A stretch of 64,000 nucleotides of DNA from an uncultured Gemmatimonadales bacterium (GCA_963798845.1 CAWCUS010000001.1:96001-160000), one strand, 5' to 3'. Shown: positions 51,069-60,205, counted from the first letter of the stretch. The notes: generated by a model not told the origin, from the letters alone. Program-made: numbers and translations.

Positions 51069-51557
51069 TTACTCGTTCCACCGGAATACGAGATGCGCCC
51101 TGGCGATGCTGTCTCGCGGCACCTCGACTTCCTCGCCGTCCGCGAGCCGCACCCGCACGGCGTCTCCCGCCTCTCCTTCCACCAGCCCCAGAAGCTCACC
51201 TTCGAGCCGCTTGCTCCGGCCCGCCAGTGGCGCGTACCCTCGGAGCGCCACTTCGTGCCCCGCGAAGCGCTTGAAATCGCGTGGCCGCACCAGCGGCCGC
51301 TCCACCCCGGGCGACGAGACCTCGAGCACGTAAGTCGCCGGGACGCCGGCCAGCCCGTCCAGATACGACTCCAGCGCGCGGCTGATCGTGGCACAGTCGT
51401 CCAGCGACACGCCGTGACCCGGCTCCGAATCCGGGCGGTCGACCCGCAGTCGCAAAACGGGCCGGCTCTTCGACCCGGCCCGCTCGAGCTCCACCAGCTC
51501 GAACCCGAGCGCCTCCGTGCGCCGTTCCAGCTCTTCCCGCAGTGACGGCTCGCTCAT
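51069..51557 (-). CDS. rimP: Ribosome maturation factor RimP
   Basis: LDDC..ISR, YVLEVSSPG.ERPL. Confidence 0.96.
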   Translation of the reverse strand: MSEPSLREELERRTEALGFELVELERAGSKSRPVLRLRVDRPDSEPGHGVSLDDCATISRALESYLDGLAGVPATYVLEVSSPGVERPLVRPRDFKRFAGHEVALRGYAPLAGRSKRLEGELLGLVEGEAGDAVRVRLADGEEVEVPRDSIARAHLVFRWNE

Positions 51558-51565
51558 GGCGCTTC

Positions 51566-51596
51566 AATAAAAAAGTGGGGGTGTGCCCCCCACTCC
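51566..51596 (-). terminator. Terminator-like attenuator in the rimP leader
   Basis: GGAGTGGGGG-GCACA-CCCCCACTTTTTT; T6 tail ends 11 nt before the rimP ATG. Confidence 0.85.
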
Positions 51597-51633
51597 ATAG
51601 CGGCACCCGCCCCCGGGCGCCACGCACGTTCCG

Positions 51634-51662
51634 ATGATAAAGGAGCGCCGGCCGAGAGGCAA
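51634..51662 (-). promoter_or_regulatory. Sigma70-type promoter of the rimP-nusA-infB operon
   Basis: TTGCCT-17 nt-TATCAT upstream of the leader hairpin. Confidence 0.7.
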
Positions 51663-51716
51663 CCCCGGACCCTCCCCACGCATGCCCGGGGGCGTGGCCC
51701 CCGGGAGGGTCCGGGG
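51663..51716. terminator. GC-rich hairpin downstream of yfiH
   Basis: Perfect 14-bp inverted repeat CCCCGGACCCTCCC / GGGAGGGTCCGGGG, 26-nt spacer; weak U tail. Confidence 0.45.
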
Positions 51717-51741
51717 GCGGCCGGGGGCGTCCGGCGGCGCT

Positions 51742-52527
51742 TCAGCCCACGAGCGCGAGCACCCCCATCTGCCGCCCCGGTGAGCCGCCCCGGTGCGAAA
51801 AGAACCCGGAGCCGCAGCGGGTGCAGTGCTCGGACACCGTGATCGACGACGGCGGCACTCCGGCCGCCACCGCCTGCGCTGCCTGCACGGCGCGAACGTC
51901 GACCGGGCGTCGGTCAGGCGGTATCGGCAGGCCGAGCGCCCGGTGCACTTCGGGCCCGACCTCGTAACAGCGTCCGCAGATCGCAGGACCGAGGTGGACG
52001 CGGAGCGACCCGGGCTCGCCGCCCAGTTCCGCCAGACCCCGTGGCAGGATTCCGGCGGCGGTGCCGCGCCACCCGCCGTGCAGGAGCGCGATCCGCCGCC
52101 GCACCGGATCGACCACGAAGATCGGGACACAGTCCGCCACAGACACGGTGAGCAGGACCCCCGGCTGCTGCGTCGCGTGGCCGTCGTACCCCTCGACGAC
52201 GAGGAGCCCGGCAGGCGCCACGTCGTGATACACGATCTCCCTACCGTGCACCTGGCGGCTGTGGACGGCGCCCCGGACGCCCACCGCCTGGCGCAGGGCG
52301 CGCCACCGGTCGAGCACGGCGCCTACCGGCGCGGTCCCCCAGAGGCCAAGGTCGAAATCCTCTTCCCCGGCCCCGGTGGTGGCCTGCACCAGCCAGGGAA
52401 ATTCCGGCCCCCACTCGGGGTGGTGGAACAGCGGCACCGGGCCGGGCGCCCGACGCTCGCGCAGCGCGCGGACTCCGCCCGGCAGGCCGGGCGTCGGGGC
52501 ATCCTCGGGCGGCGAGCCCGGGCTCAA
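51742..52527 (-). CDS. YfiH/PgeF-family (laccase-like) purine nucleoside phosphorylase
   Basis: QVHG, VADCVP, HGGWRG, GPAICGRCYEVG, FFSHR; TTG coupled to upstream stop. Confidence 0.92.
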   Translation of the reverse strand: MSPGSPPEDAPTPGLPGGVRALRERRAPGPVPLFHHPEWGPEFPWLVQATTGAGEEDFDLGLWGTAPVGAVLDRWRALRQAVGVRGAVHSRQVHGREIVYHDVAPAGLLVVEGYDGHATQQPGVLLTVSVADCVPIFVVDPVRRRIALLHGGWRGTAAGILPRGLAELGGEPGSLRVHLGPAICGRCYEVGPEVHRALGLPIPPDRRPVDVRAVQAAQAVAAGVPPSSITVSEHCTRCGSGFFSHRGGSPGRQMGVLALVG

Positions 52528-52937
52528 ACCTCCGACACCGGTATGTCCGGGCCCGCTCCCCCACCGCTGGTCGGACCTCCGCCGCCCGCCGCTCCCGTTC
52601 CGTCTGCCGTGTCGTGTTCGTGATGGGCGTGGGCCGCCGCCTCGTGGGCCTCGACGCGCGCGCTCAGCGCGGCGACCTCCGCGCGCAGCGCTTCGAACTC
52701 CCGCCGCGGGACCAGATCCAGTCGCGTGCGCGCCTCCTCGAACGCGGTCTGGGCGCGATCCATGGTGCTGCGGACTGCCTCCTTGGCCCGATCTGGCGTG
52801 ATCTCGCCCCGATCGAGCATCTCCTGGACCGTCTCCTCCACGGCGTCCTTGAGCGCACTGAGAATGCCGAGACTGGCGCGGATCCCTTCGCGCACCTCGT
52901 CGCCCAGGTTGGACTTTCGTTCCCGCTGATCAGTCAT
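52524..52937 (-). CDS. Phasin-like amphipathic helical protein
   Basis: GAGGTG before ATG 52937; MLDRGEIT...AK, LDLVPRREFEALRAEVAAL..R pattern. Confidence 0.7.
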   Translation of the reverse strand: MTDQRERKSNLGDEVREGIRASLGILSALKDAVEETVQEMLDRGEITPDRAKEAVRSTMDRAQTAFEEARTRLDLVPRREFEALRAEVAALSARVEAHEAAAHAHHEHDTADGTGAAGGGGPTSGGGAGPDIPVSEV

Positions 52938-52941
52938 GAGA

Positions 52942-54240
52942 TCACCTCGGTTCGTCGCCCCGGGAATCCTCGCGGCTGATCCTCGCCCCGAGAGCCCGCA
53001 GGCGCTCGTCAATTTTCTGGTAGCCCCGCTCGATCTGCTGGATGTTGAATATATGGCTTTCCCCCTCCGCACCGAGTGCCGCGATCAGGAGCGCCATCCC
53101 GGCGCGGATGTCGGGGCTCTCCACCACGCCCGCATAGAGCCGCGAAGGTCCCACGACCACTGCGCGATGGGGATCGCACAGGACAACGCGCGCGCCCATC
53201 CCAATGATCTTGTCCGCGAAGAACATGCGCGATTCGAACATCTTCTCGTGGATGAGGATCGTCCCCTGGCACTGGGTCGCCACCACCAGGGCGATGGACG
53301 TGAGGTCGGCCGGGAACGCAGGCCACGGCCCGTCGTCGATCTTGGGGATGTGACCGCCCAGGTCCATCCGGATCTCGAGTGCCTGGTTTCCAGGAACGTG
53401 GAGGTCGGCCCCCTTCACCACGCACCGGATCCCGAGCCGCTCGAAGGCCAGGAGCGTCGAATCCAGGTGCTCCACGGCGGCGTCCTCGATGAGGATGTCC
53501 CCGCGGGTCACGGCCGCCAGCCCGATGAACGAGCCCACCTCGATGTGGTCGCTGCTGATCCGGTACGTGCCGCCGCCGAGCCGCTCCACGCCTTCGATCT
53601 CCAGGATGTGCGTGCCGATCCCCGAGATCTTCCCTCCCAGCGTCTGTATCATGTGGCAGAGGTCCTGGACGTGCGGCTCGGCCGCGGCGTTCCTCAGCCG
53701 CGTGGTCCCGCGGGCCAGCGAGGCCGCCATGATGGCGTTTTCGGTGGCGGTCACGCTCGGCTCGTCCAGGAAGATGTCGGCGCCTCGGAGCCCGTTCGCT
53801 TCCAGGTGGTACCCACCCCGGGTCTCCACGCGCGCCCCCAGCCGCTGGAGCGCGAGAAAATGGGTATCGACCCGACGGCGTCCGATCACGTCTCCGCCTG
53901 GCGGGGGGAGGAGCATGCTGCCCAGGCGGGCGAGCATTGGCCCGGCCAGGAGGATCGACGCCCGGATGCGCGCGGCGAGGTCGCGCTCCACCTCGGCCAT
54001 GCGCAGTTGGCGCGCGTGGACCCGCACCCGCCCGTCTCCCTGCCAGTCCACGTCGCATCCCAGCTGCTCCATAAGCTCGAGGAGCGTGCGAACGTCCCGG
54101 ATGTCGGGCACGTTCTCCAGTGTCACGGGCTGATCACTGAGCAGGGTCGCGCAGATGATCGGCAGCGCGGCATTCTTGTTGCCCGCGGGACGGATGCGTC
54201 CGTTCAGGGAGACGCCCCCGTCCACGATGTATTTTGGCAT
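52942..54240 (-). CDS. murA: UDP-N-acetylglucosamine 1-carboxyvinyltransferase (Asp-type active site)
   Basis: [53 protein letters not shown]. Confidence 0.97.
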   Translation of the reverse strand: MPKYIVDGGVSLNGRIRPAGNKNAALPIICATLLSDQPVTLENVPDIRDVRTLLELMEQLGCDVDWQGDGRVRVHARQLRMAEVERDLAARIRASILLAGPMLARLGSMLLPPPGGDVIGRRRVDTHFLALQRLGARVETRGGYHLEANGLRGADIFLDEPSVTATENAIMAASLARGTTRLRNAAAEPHVQDLCHMIQTLGGKISGIGTHILEIEGVERLGGGTYRISSDHIEVGSFIGLAAVTRGDILIEDAAVEHLDSTLLAFERLGIRCVVKGADLHVPGNQALEIRMDLGGHIPKIDDGPWPAFPADLTSIALVVATQCQGTILIHEKMFESRMFFADKIIGMGARVVLCDPHRAVVVGPSRLYAGVVESPDIRAGMALLIAALGAEGESHIFNIQQIERGYQKIDERLRALGARISREDSRGDEPR

Positions 54241-54302
54241 CGACTCTCGGTTGAGTGAGCAGGGCCGGACCGGACCGGCGCGCCCAGGAGTGGCGCGGAA
54301 AA

Positions 54303-54332
54303 AACATACCTGGCCGCCGGAACCACCGTCAA
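54303..54332 (-). promoter_or_regulatory. Putative murA promoter
   Basis: TTGACG-18 nt-TATGTT on the minus strand. Confidence 0.6.
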
Positions 54333-54354
54333 ACCGTGCGCGCCCGGCTCTCGC

Positions 54355-54384
54355 TTGACGCGCCGACGCCGCCGCGTCTAGCTT
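54355..54384 (+). promoter_or_regulatory. Putative promoter of the EIIA-PII-antiporter operon
   Basis: TTGACG-18 nt-TAGCTT, back-to-back with the murA promoter. Confidence 0.55.
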
Positions 54385-54412
54385 CCCGCGTGGATTCCCG
54401 TCCCCACGGCGC

Positions 54413-54880
54413 ATGCGACTCAGCGACTATCTGGAACCCGATCTGATCCTGCTCCACCTCCGTACCACGGGGGTGGAAGACACGCTCGCGGCGTTCGCGG
54501 ACCGGCTCGACGAAAGCGGCCGAACGAGCGAGCCGGACGCCGTTCGCAGGGCGCTGCTGGAGCGGGAGGAGAGCCATACGACCTCCCTCGGGAACGGGGT
54601 GGCCCTCCCCCACGCCACCGTGCCCGGCCTGGCTCAACCCCTGATCCTCGTCGGGGTGGCGCCCGACGGTGTCCGCTTCGGCCGCGGCGACGCGGCCCCG
54701 CTCGATCGCCTCTTCTTCGTCCTGCTCTCCCCGCTCGAGCAGGCCGGCACCCATATCAAGCTCCTGGCCCGAATAGTCCGGCTCGTCCGCCATCCGGAGT
54801 TCGTGGATGAGCTGCTGGCCGCGGACAGCGGTGAAGCGCTCATCGAGCAGATCGAGCGCGTGGACGCGCTGCACGTCTGA
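54413..54880 (+). CDS. Stand-alone PTS EIIA (Fru/Ntr type) protein
   Basis: LEREE..TT.LG.GVALPHA (phospho-His), G..FG, H...LARI.RL. Confidence 0.92.
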   Translation: MRLSDYLEPDLILLHLRTTGVEDTLAAFADRLDESGRTSEPDAVRRALLEREESHTTSLGNGVALPHATVPGLAQPLILVGVAPDGVRFGRGDAAPLDRLFFVLLSPLEQAGTHIKLLARIVRLVRHPEFVDELLAADSGEALIEQIERVDALHV

Positions 54881-54886
54881 GGCGCC

Positions 54887-55240
54887 ATGCAGCTGCTCAT
54901 CGCGGTCATCAATCAGGAAGAGCGGCTGGACGATATCCTGTCCGGGTTCCTCGAGCTCGGCATCACTGGTGCCACCATCATTGACAGCGAGGGGATGGGG
55001 CACGTGCTCTCCCACGACATCCCGATCTTCGCCGGGCTCCAGACGCTGATCTCGCGCTCCCGCCCGCAGAATACCACCATCTTCAGCGTCATCGACAGCG
55101 AGGAGAAGGTGGATGGGGCGATCGCGCTGCTGCAGGACATCTGCGGCGACCTGAACAGCCCGGCCACGGGGATCGCGTTCACGATTCCGGTCAACCGGGT
55201 GGCGGGGCTCGCGCCGGAGCTGGGATCCGGGGACCTCTGA
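54887..55240 (+). CDS. PII-like (GlnB superfamily) small protein
   Basis: GITGATIIDS.GMG and TGIAFTIPV..V.G PII-fold motifs; no canonical T-loop YRG.EY. Confidence 0.8.
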   Translation: MQLLIAVINQEERLDDILSGFLELGITGATIIDSEGMGHVLSHDIPIFAGLQTLISRSRPQNTTIFSVIDSEEKVDGAIALLQDICGDLNSPATGIAFTIPVNRVAGLAPELGSGDL

Positions 55241-55262
55241 CGCCCTCGAGCCCCGCACTGGC

Positions 55263-56510
55263 GTGAGCCCGCTCGTCGGCGTCCTGATCCTGGTCCTGCT
55301 CGGGCTGCTCGGCGCCCGCTCCGCGTTCGACCCCACCCGCGCGCCCCTCGGTCCGCGGCTTCTCCTGGCCACCGGCTCCCATTTTGTCCTGGTCGGCGTA
55401 CTCCTCGGGCCCGTGCTGGGCCTGCTCACGTACGAGGTCATTGGCCGCCTCGAGCCCTTCATGGCGCTCGGCCTCGGGTGGATTGGTCTGCTCTTCGGGC
55501 TCCAGCTGGACCGTCGCCAGATCCGGCAGTTCCCGCCGGCGTTTCTGGTGTTCACGATCCTGCAGGCCGCCGTCGCCTTCGTGGCCTTTTCCGCCGTTGC
55601 GCTCCTCGCCTTTCGACTCACCGGCCCCAATGACCCGCTCGGACCCGCCGCAGTGCTCGCCGCCGCCGCAACCGCCGCCGTGTCCACACCTGGCGGCGTT
55701 GCGCTCATCAGCCGGACGTTCCGCGTCCGCGGGCCGCTCACCCGGCTCCTGTTCTTCGCGGCGAGCCTGGACGCGCTGGTCGGCATCGTGGCGCTCCAGA
55801 TCACCTACGCCGTCTTCCACCCCTCCGCGGCTGCGGTGGCGAGCCTCGGTTGGGGCGTCTGGATGGGCGCCGCCGTTGCGGCCGGGGTCATCTTCGCCGT
55901 CTTCTTCCTCTGGCTCACGCGGCCCAAGCCGGAGCGCGACGAGCTGACGCTCTTCCTCCTCGGCCTGGTCATGTTCGAGGCTGGAACCGCTCTCTATCTC
56001 GGCATCTCTCCGCTCTTCGTCACCATGATCACGGGAATGGTGGTGGCGAACATGTCGCCGTCCCGCCGGCGCGTGTACTCCATACTCCAGAGCTGGGAGA
56101 AGCCGGTGTACGTGGTGGTTCTGATCCTCGCCGGCGCACTCATCAGCTTCGCCGACTGGGTCACCCTGCCCCTCGCGTTGGGCTACGCCATCCTGCGCGC
56201 CGGGGCCAAGTACGCGGGCGGTGCCGTGGGTGCCCGGTTCGTCCCCATCGACTTCTCCGTGCCGCTGGATGTGGGCGGAGGCCTGATCGCCCAGGGGGGA
56301 ATCAGTCTGGCCATGGGCCTCAGCGCCACATTAACTTACGGCGCCATCGCGGGATCGGCCGGCGTCGCCGTCCGCGTGGTGATCGGCGCCGTGGTCATCG
56401 GTGTGGCCGCGAGCGAGCTCGTCGCACCGTTCGTCACGCGCGATCTGCTCCGCCGCGCGGGCGAGATCACGCCGGGCCTCGAAACCGCCCTGGCACAGGA
56501 GGCGGAGTGA
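55263..56510 (+). CDS. Cation:proton antiporter (CPA-superfamily) membrane protein
   Basis: About 12-13 hydrophobic segments; G.LLGP, GL.LD, SPL.....G...AN, R..AK..GG, QGG.S.A. Confidence 0.8.
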   Translation: MSPLVGVLILVLLGLLGARSAFDPTRAPLGPRLLLATGSHFVLVGVLLGPVLGLLTYEVIGRLEPFMALGLGWIGLLFGLQLDRRQIRQFPPAFLVFTILQAAVAFVAFSAVALLAFRLTGPNDPLGPAAVLAAAATAAVSTPGGVALISRTFRVRGPLTRLLFFAASLDALVGIVALQITYAVFHPSAAAVASLGWGVWMGAAVAAGVIFAVFFLWLTRPKPERDELTLFLLGLVMFEAGTALYLGISPLFVTMITGMVVANMSPSRRRVYSILQSWEKPVYVVVLILAGALISFADWVTLPLALGYAILRAGAKYAGGAVGARFVPIDFSVPLDVGGGLIAQGGISLAMGLSATLTYGAIAGSAGVAVRVVIGAVVIGVAASELVAPFVTRDLLRRAGEITPGLETALAQEAE

Positions 56511-56538
56511 TGCTGCTCAATCCAACGGAACCGTGGCC

Positions 56539-57075
56539 ATGAATTCCTGGATGCTCCTCGCGCAGGCGGAGCCCGACCTGATCTCCCACCTGGACCGGAT
56601 CATGTGGGCGCAGCTGATCATGGCGGGCGTCATGGTCGTCTGCGCGCTGGCGGTGGTGGCCGCGGGGGTGGCGGTCCTGCTCCTGGTGCGACGGGCCATG
56701 AACAAGATCGAGGAGGCGAAGGACGACCTGCTCCCCCACGTGACCCCCGTCCTGAGTCGCGCGTCCACGATCGCCGACGACGTCCGCCACATCACGGCCG
56801 GCCTGCGCGGCGATGCCGACGGAGTGAACGAAACGGTCCACGACCTGCTCGGCAGGACCCGCACCGCCGTGGACTCGCTCGAAGAGCGGATCCAGCGCTT
56901 CGGGCTCGTGCTCGAGGTCGTGCAGGAACAGGCAGAGGCGCTGCTCATGGACGCGGCCGCCACGGCCCGGGGAGTCCACACCACGGCCCAGGCGTTGCGG
57001 GATGAGAAGTCATCGCTCCCGCGGCTCGGACGCCGGCGGGCGGATCGCACATCGAGGAAACGGGACCAGCCATGA
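56539..57075 (+). CDS. DUF948 (YtxG-like) membrane-anchored coiled-coil protein
   Basis: Single TM helix followed by amphipathic helices; coupled (ATGA) to the YtxH-like gene. Confidence 0.7.
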   Translation: MNSWMLLAQAEPDLISHLDRIMWAQLIMAGVMVVCALAVVAAGVAVLLLVRRAMNKIEEAKDDLLPHVTPVLSRASTIADDVRHITAGLRGDADGVNETVHDLLGRTRTAVDSLEERIQRFGLVLEVVQEQAEALLMDAAATARGVHTTAQALRDEKSSLPRLGRRRADRTSRKRDQP

Positions 57076-57446
57076 AACCGGAACAGACCACCGAATACGT
57101 CACCGCGTTCATCGTGGGCACGCTCGTCGGCGTGGGTGCCGCGCTGCTGTTCGCCCCCTCTCCGCCCACCCGGCGGGAGAAGATCTTGAAGGAGCTGAAG
57201 CCGTACCGCCGCAAGATCCGCAAGACCCGCGGGCGGGCGAAGAAGCAGGTGAGCCGCGGCGCCGCGGCGGCGACGGAGTGGAGCGACGAGCTGGTTGCGG
57301 CGGCCCGCGCGGTCGCGAAGGACCTGCGCGAGGAGATCGCCGACATGGTCGCGGAAGCCCGGGACCAGATCGGGGAGACGGTCCAGACACAGGTGGAGTC
57401 GGCGCAGGACGCGCTGCGCAGGGGCGCCAAGCGCGCCCGATCCTGA
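57072..57446 (+). CDS. YtxH domain-containing protein
   Basis: F.VG.LVG.GAALLFAP signature followed by helical repeats. Confidence 0.85.
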   Translation: MKPEQTTEYVTAFIVGTLVGVGAALLFAPSPPTRREKILKELKPYRRKIRKTRGRAKKQVSRGAAAATEWSDELVAAARAVAKDLREEIADMVAEARDQIGETVQTQVESAQDALRRGAKRARS

Positions 57447-57453
57447 CCCGCCG

Positions 57454-58377
57454 TTGAGCTTCCTCTGGACGCTCGTGGGGGCGCTGGCGCTCCTGCTGCT
57501 TTCACCAGACCGGCTGTTCGCGTTTGGACCCGCCACCCACATCTTCCTGGGCGAGCACCTCCTGAGCTCGCTCTATCTCCTCCCGAGCGCCCTCGCCGAG
57601 CTGCTGCGGGCGTACCCGCTCAGCTTCCTGTACGGCAACGTGGCCGCCGACATCTCGTTCGCGAAGAAGTACGTCCCGGCCGGCCGCCATTCGCATTACT
57701 GGCACGTCGGGGAGGAGATCCTCGCGGGCGCCGGGAACGACCGCCTTCGCGCTGCCGGGATGGGCTACCTCTGCCACCTCGCTGCGGACACCGTGGCTCA
57801 CAATTTCTACGTGCCGCGGCAGCTCATGCTGACCAGCTCGACCAAGGCGCTGGGGCATTCGTACTGGGAGCACCGTCTGGACGTCGAGCTGGGCGAAGGG
57901 TACACGGGGCGCGCCAGGGAGGTGGTCGTGGACTACGACCACGGCGAGGCCGATCACCTCTTCGACAGTATCCTGAGTGGCACCATCTTCTCCTTCGAAA
58001 CCAATCGCCGGATCTTCCGGGGGATGGTCCGCTTCCAGGACAACGAGCGGTGGCAGACCGTGTTCGGGCGCGTCCTGGAGCGCTCCCGCTGGGACCTGCG
58101 GGATGCCGACGTGGAGGACCACCTGTCCCGCGCCTTCGACTCCATGGTGGACTACCTGCTCCGCCGCCGCGCTGCCTTCGCCGCGGCGCGCGACCCGATC
58201 GGCGACTTCAACCTCCACCTCTCCAAGAAGGTCCGTCGACTGGCGCTGAGGGATGGCAACGCGGCGGATTACGGCCGCATGCGCGCCATGGCCGACGACT
58301 TCTTCCCCCTTCCCGACGACGCCCTGGCGTACTGGGCCCGCCGGGGACGCCCCGAGCCGAAGAGCGCCCGCGGCTGA
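57454..58377 (+). CDS. Zinc-dependent phospholipase C / S1-P1 nuclease superfamily protein
   Basis: Signal peptide then FGPATH, FLYG.VAAD, GYLCHLAADTVAHN, HSYWE. Confidence 0.85.
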   Translation: MSFLWTLVGALALLLLSPDRLFAFGPATHIFLGEHLLSSLYLLPSALAELLRAYPLSFLYGNVAADISFAKKYVPAGRHSHYWHVGEEILAGAGNDRLRAAGMGYLCHLAADTVAHNFYVPRQLMLTSSTKALGHSYWEHRLDVELGEGYTGRAREVVVDYDHGEADHLFDSILSGTIFSFETNRRIFRGMVRFQDNERWQTVFGRVLERSRWDLRDADVEDHLSRAFDSMVDYLLRRRAAFAAARDPIGDFNLHLSKKVRRLALRDGNAADYGRMRAMADDFFPLPDDALAYWARRGRPEPKSARG

Positions 58378-58387
58378 TCGTACCCGG

Positions 58388-60205
58388 TCAGCGCTGCGCT
58401 TTCGCTCCCAGCCACGATTCCCTGAAGCGCCGGATCTCGGCCGTCACGCTGCGGCCGGCGCTCTCGTAGCTTTCCAGGACCAGCGCGGGATCCAATGCGA
58501 GCACCAACGATTGCGTCTTCCGCATCCCGCGCTGCTCGAACGACACGGCCACGCGGTCGCCCGGGGCGTGAGCTTCGAGCACCGCCGCGAGATCCTCTCC
58601 GGACCGCAGTGGCCGCCCGTCGAGACTCGACAGCAGATCCCCTTCGGCGATCCCGGCCTCGTACAACGGCGTGCCGTGCTGAACGGGCTCCACCACCCGC
58701 GCGCCCTCCTCCCCGAAGCGAACCGACGGGGCGCCGATCCACGCCGCGTCCGGGGCCGCCCTGCGCAGGAGGAGCCCGGCCTGAGCCAGCAGGCGCGCGT
58801 AGTCCGGCACGTCGCCGCCCTCAATGTAGCGGCGGAAGAAGTCGGCGGCGAAGACGCTGTCGCCGCTCACCTGACCGAGCGTTCGCCGCAGGTCGTCGCG
58901 CGTGTACGGGACCCCGGGCTTGCCGAAGCGGGTCCACAGCGCCCGCATGTACGCGTCCAGGGAGGACCCGAACCGCCCGCGCAGCGTGAGGTCCAGCCCG
59001 AGCCCGAGCACTTCTCCCCACGTGTAGTAGGAGATGAACGTGTTGGGGAGGTCCATCGCGTCGATGTGTACGGCGGCGTCCACAAACGGGGCGAGGCGAC
59101 TCATGTCCACGGGGGTATGGACCGCCCGGGCCGGTGAGTTGATGACGGCGTCCAGCGCCCCGCCCAGGCTGCGCGCGTAATCATCGAAGGAAGTGAAGCC
59201 GGCTCGCTTGCGGACCAGGCCGTCGTAGTAGCTGGTGAAGCCCTCGCCGAACCAGAGGTTCCCCGACATGTCGGCCCGCTCGAAGTCGAACGGTTCAATG
59301 GCCCGGTCGCGCAGCCGTTCCATGTTCCAGGAGTGGAAGAACTCGTGGGCCAGGGTGCCGAGGTTCCGCAGGGCGTTCGTGGAGAGGGGCCGGGTGCCCG
59401 TGATCAGGGTCGAGTTGCGGTGCTCCATTCCGTCCCCGAACACCCACGGCAGGTAATCGACGATGAACGTGTAGGTGCCGTAGTCGTACGGCGCGAGCTC
59501 GCCGAACACGGCCCGTTCCTCGGCCACCACGCGGCGGGCCATGTCCGCGAAGCGGTCCGCCTCGGCATCGGTCCCGAGGTGGTGCAGGGCGAGCCGGAAC
59601 GTCGCCCCATCCTCCTTCCACTCTCGCAGGGTGTAGTCCGACAGCTCCGTGGGAGAGTCCATGAAGTACTGGAAGTCCGGCGCCTCGTACGTGTTCGGTT
59701 CGTCCGCCTCCGGCAGCTGGGTGGCCGCCTTCCAGCCGTTGATCGGGTGGAAACGGACGCGGATCGCCGAGCGTTCGTGCCCGCGGGCGAACATGAACGC
59801 GGCCGGCATGTTGAAGTGCGCGTGCGTCGAGTCGATCCCGAAGTACGTCCCGTCCGCGTGGTCGCCGAACACGGTGTACGTCAGCGCGATCGTGCCGTCG
59901 TGGCCGACCACTCGCCATTCGTGCGGCGTGATCCGGCGGAGCGGAAGCGTGTCCGCGGCTGCGCTAACTGCCACGAGATCGAACACGTTCTTGGCGAAGT
60001 TGTGGACGGCGTAGCGGCCAGGCGAGCTGCGCGGCATCACGAAGTTCACGGGCGTCCCCACTTCCACGTCGTGCACGGTCATGGTGATCCGCACCAGGTG
60101 GTGCTCCGCGTCCGGGAACGAAACGTCATAGTCCACCGGCGTCTGACCGGCGACGCCGCCGACCGACGCGCCGATCGCCACCAGCACCGCCAGCGCTCGC
60201 TTCAT
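58388..60205 (-). CDS. Secreted M61 glycyl aminopeptidase with PDZ domain
   Basis: Signal peptide; GMEHRNST, AHEFFHSWN, WFGEGFTSYY, ISYY..G; C-terminal PDZ; ATGA overlap with gatB. Confidence 0.93.
   Translation of the reverse strand: MKRALAVLVAIGASVGGVAGQTPVDYDVSFPDAEHHLVRITMTVHDVEVGTPVNFVMPRSSPGRYAVHNFAKNVFDLVAVSAAADTLPLRRITPHEWRVVGHDGTIALTYTVFGDHADGTYFGIDSTHAHFNMPAAFMFARGHERSAIRVRFHPINGWKAATQLPEADEPNTYEAPDFQYFMDSPTELSDYTLREWKEDGATFRLALHHLGTDAEADRFADMARRVVAEERAVFGELAPYDYGTYTFIVDYLPWVFGDGMEHRNSTLITGTRPLSTNALRNLGTLAHEFFHSWNMERLRDRAIEPFDFERADMSGNLWFGEGFTSYYDGLVRKRAGFTSFDDYARSLGGALDAVINSPARAVHTPVDMSRLAPFVDAAVHIDAMDLPNTFISYYTWGEVLGLGLDLTLRGRFGSSLDAYMRALWTRFGKPGVPYTRDDLRRTLGQVSGDSVFAADFFRRYIEGGDVPDYARLLAQAGLLLRRAAPDAAWIGAPSVRFGEEGARVVEPVQHGTPLYEAGIAEGDLLSSLDGRPLRSGEDLAAVLEAHAPGDRVAVSFEQRGMRKTQSLVLALDPALVLESYESAGRSVTAEIRRFRESWLGAKAQR

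Noticed and set aside
21179..51545. Very long plus-strand ORFs (21179-23398, 38913-41231, 41095-43563, 46919-49093, 48945-51545)
   Set aside because: Stop-free antisense frames of clpB, ald, pnp, infB and nusA, expected at high GC; no motifs.
24558..51557. 27-kb uninterrupted minus-strand gene run
   Set aside because: Concatenated conserved housekeeping operons; no sign of horizontal acquisition.
53040..53076. AT-rich TATATT in the murA 3' end as a promoter for the phasin-like gene
   Set aside because: No credible -35 or extended -10; too weak to call.
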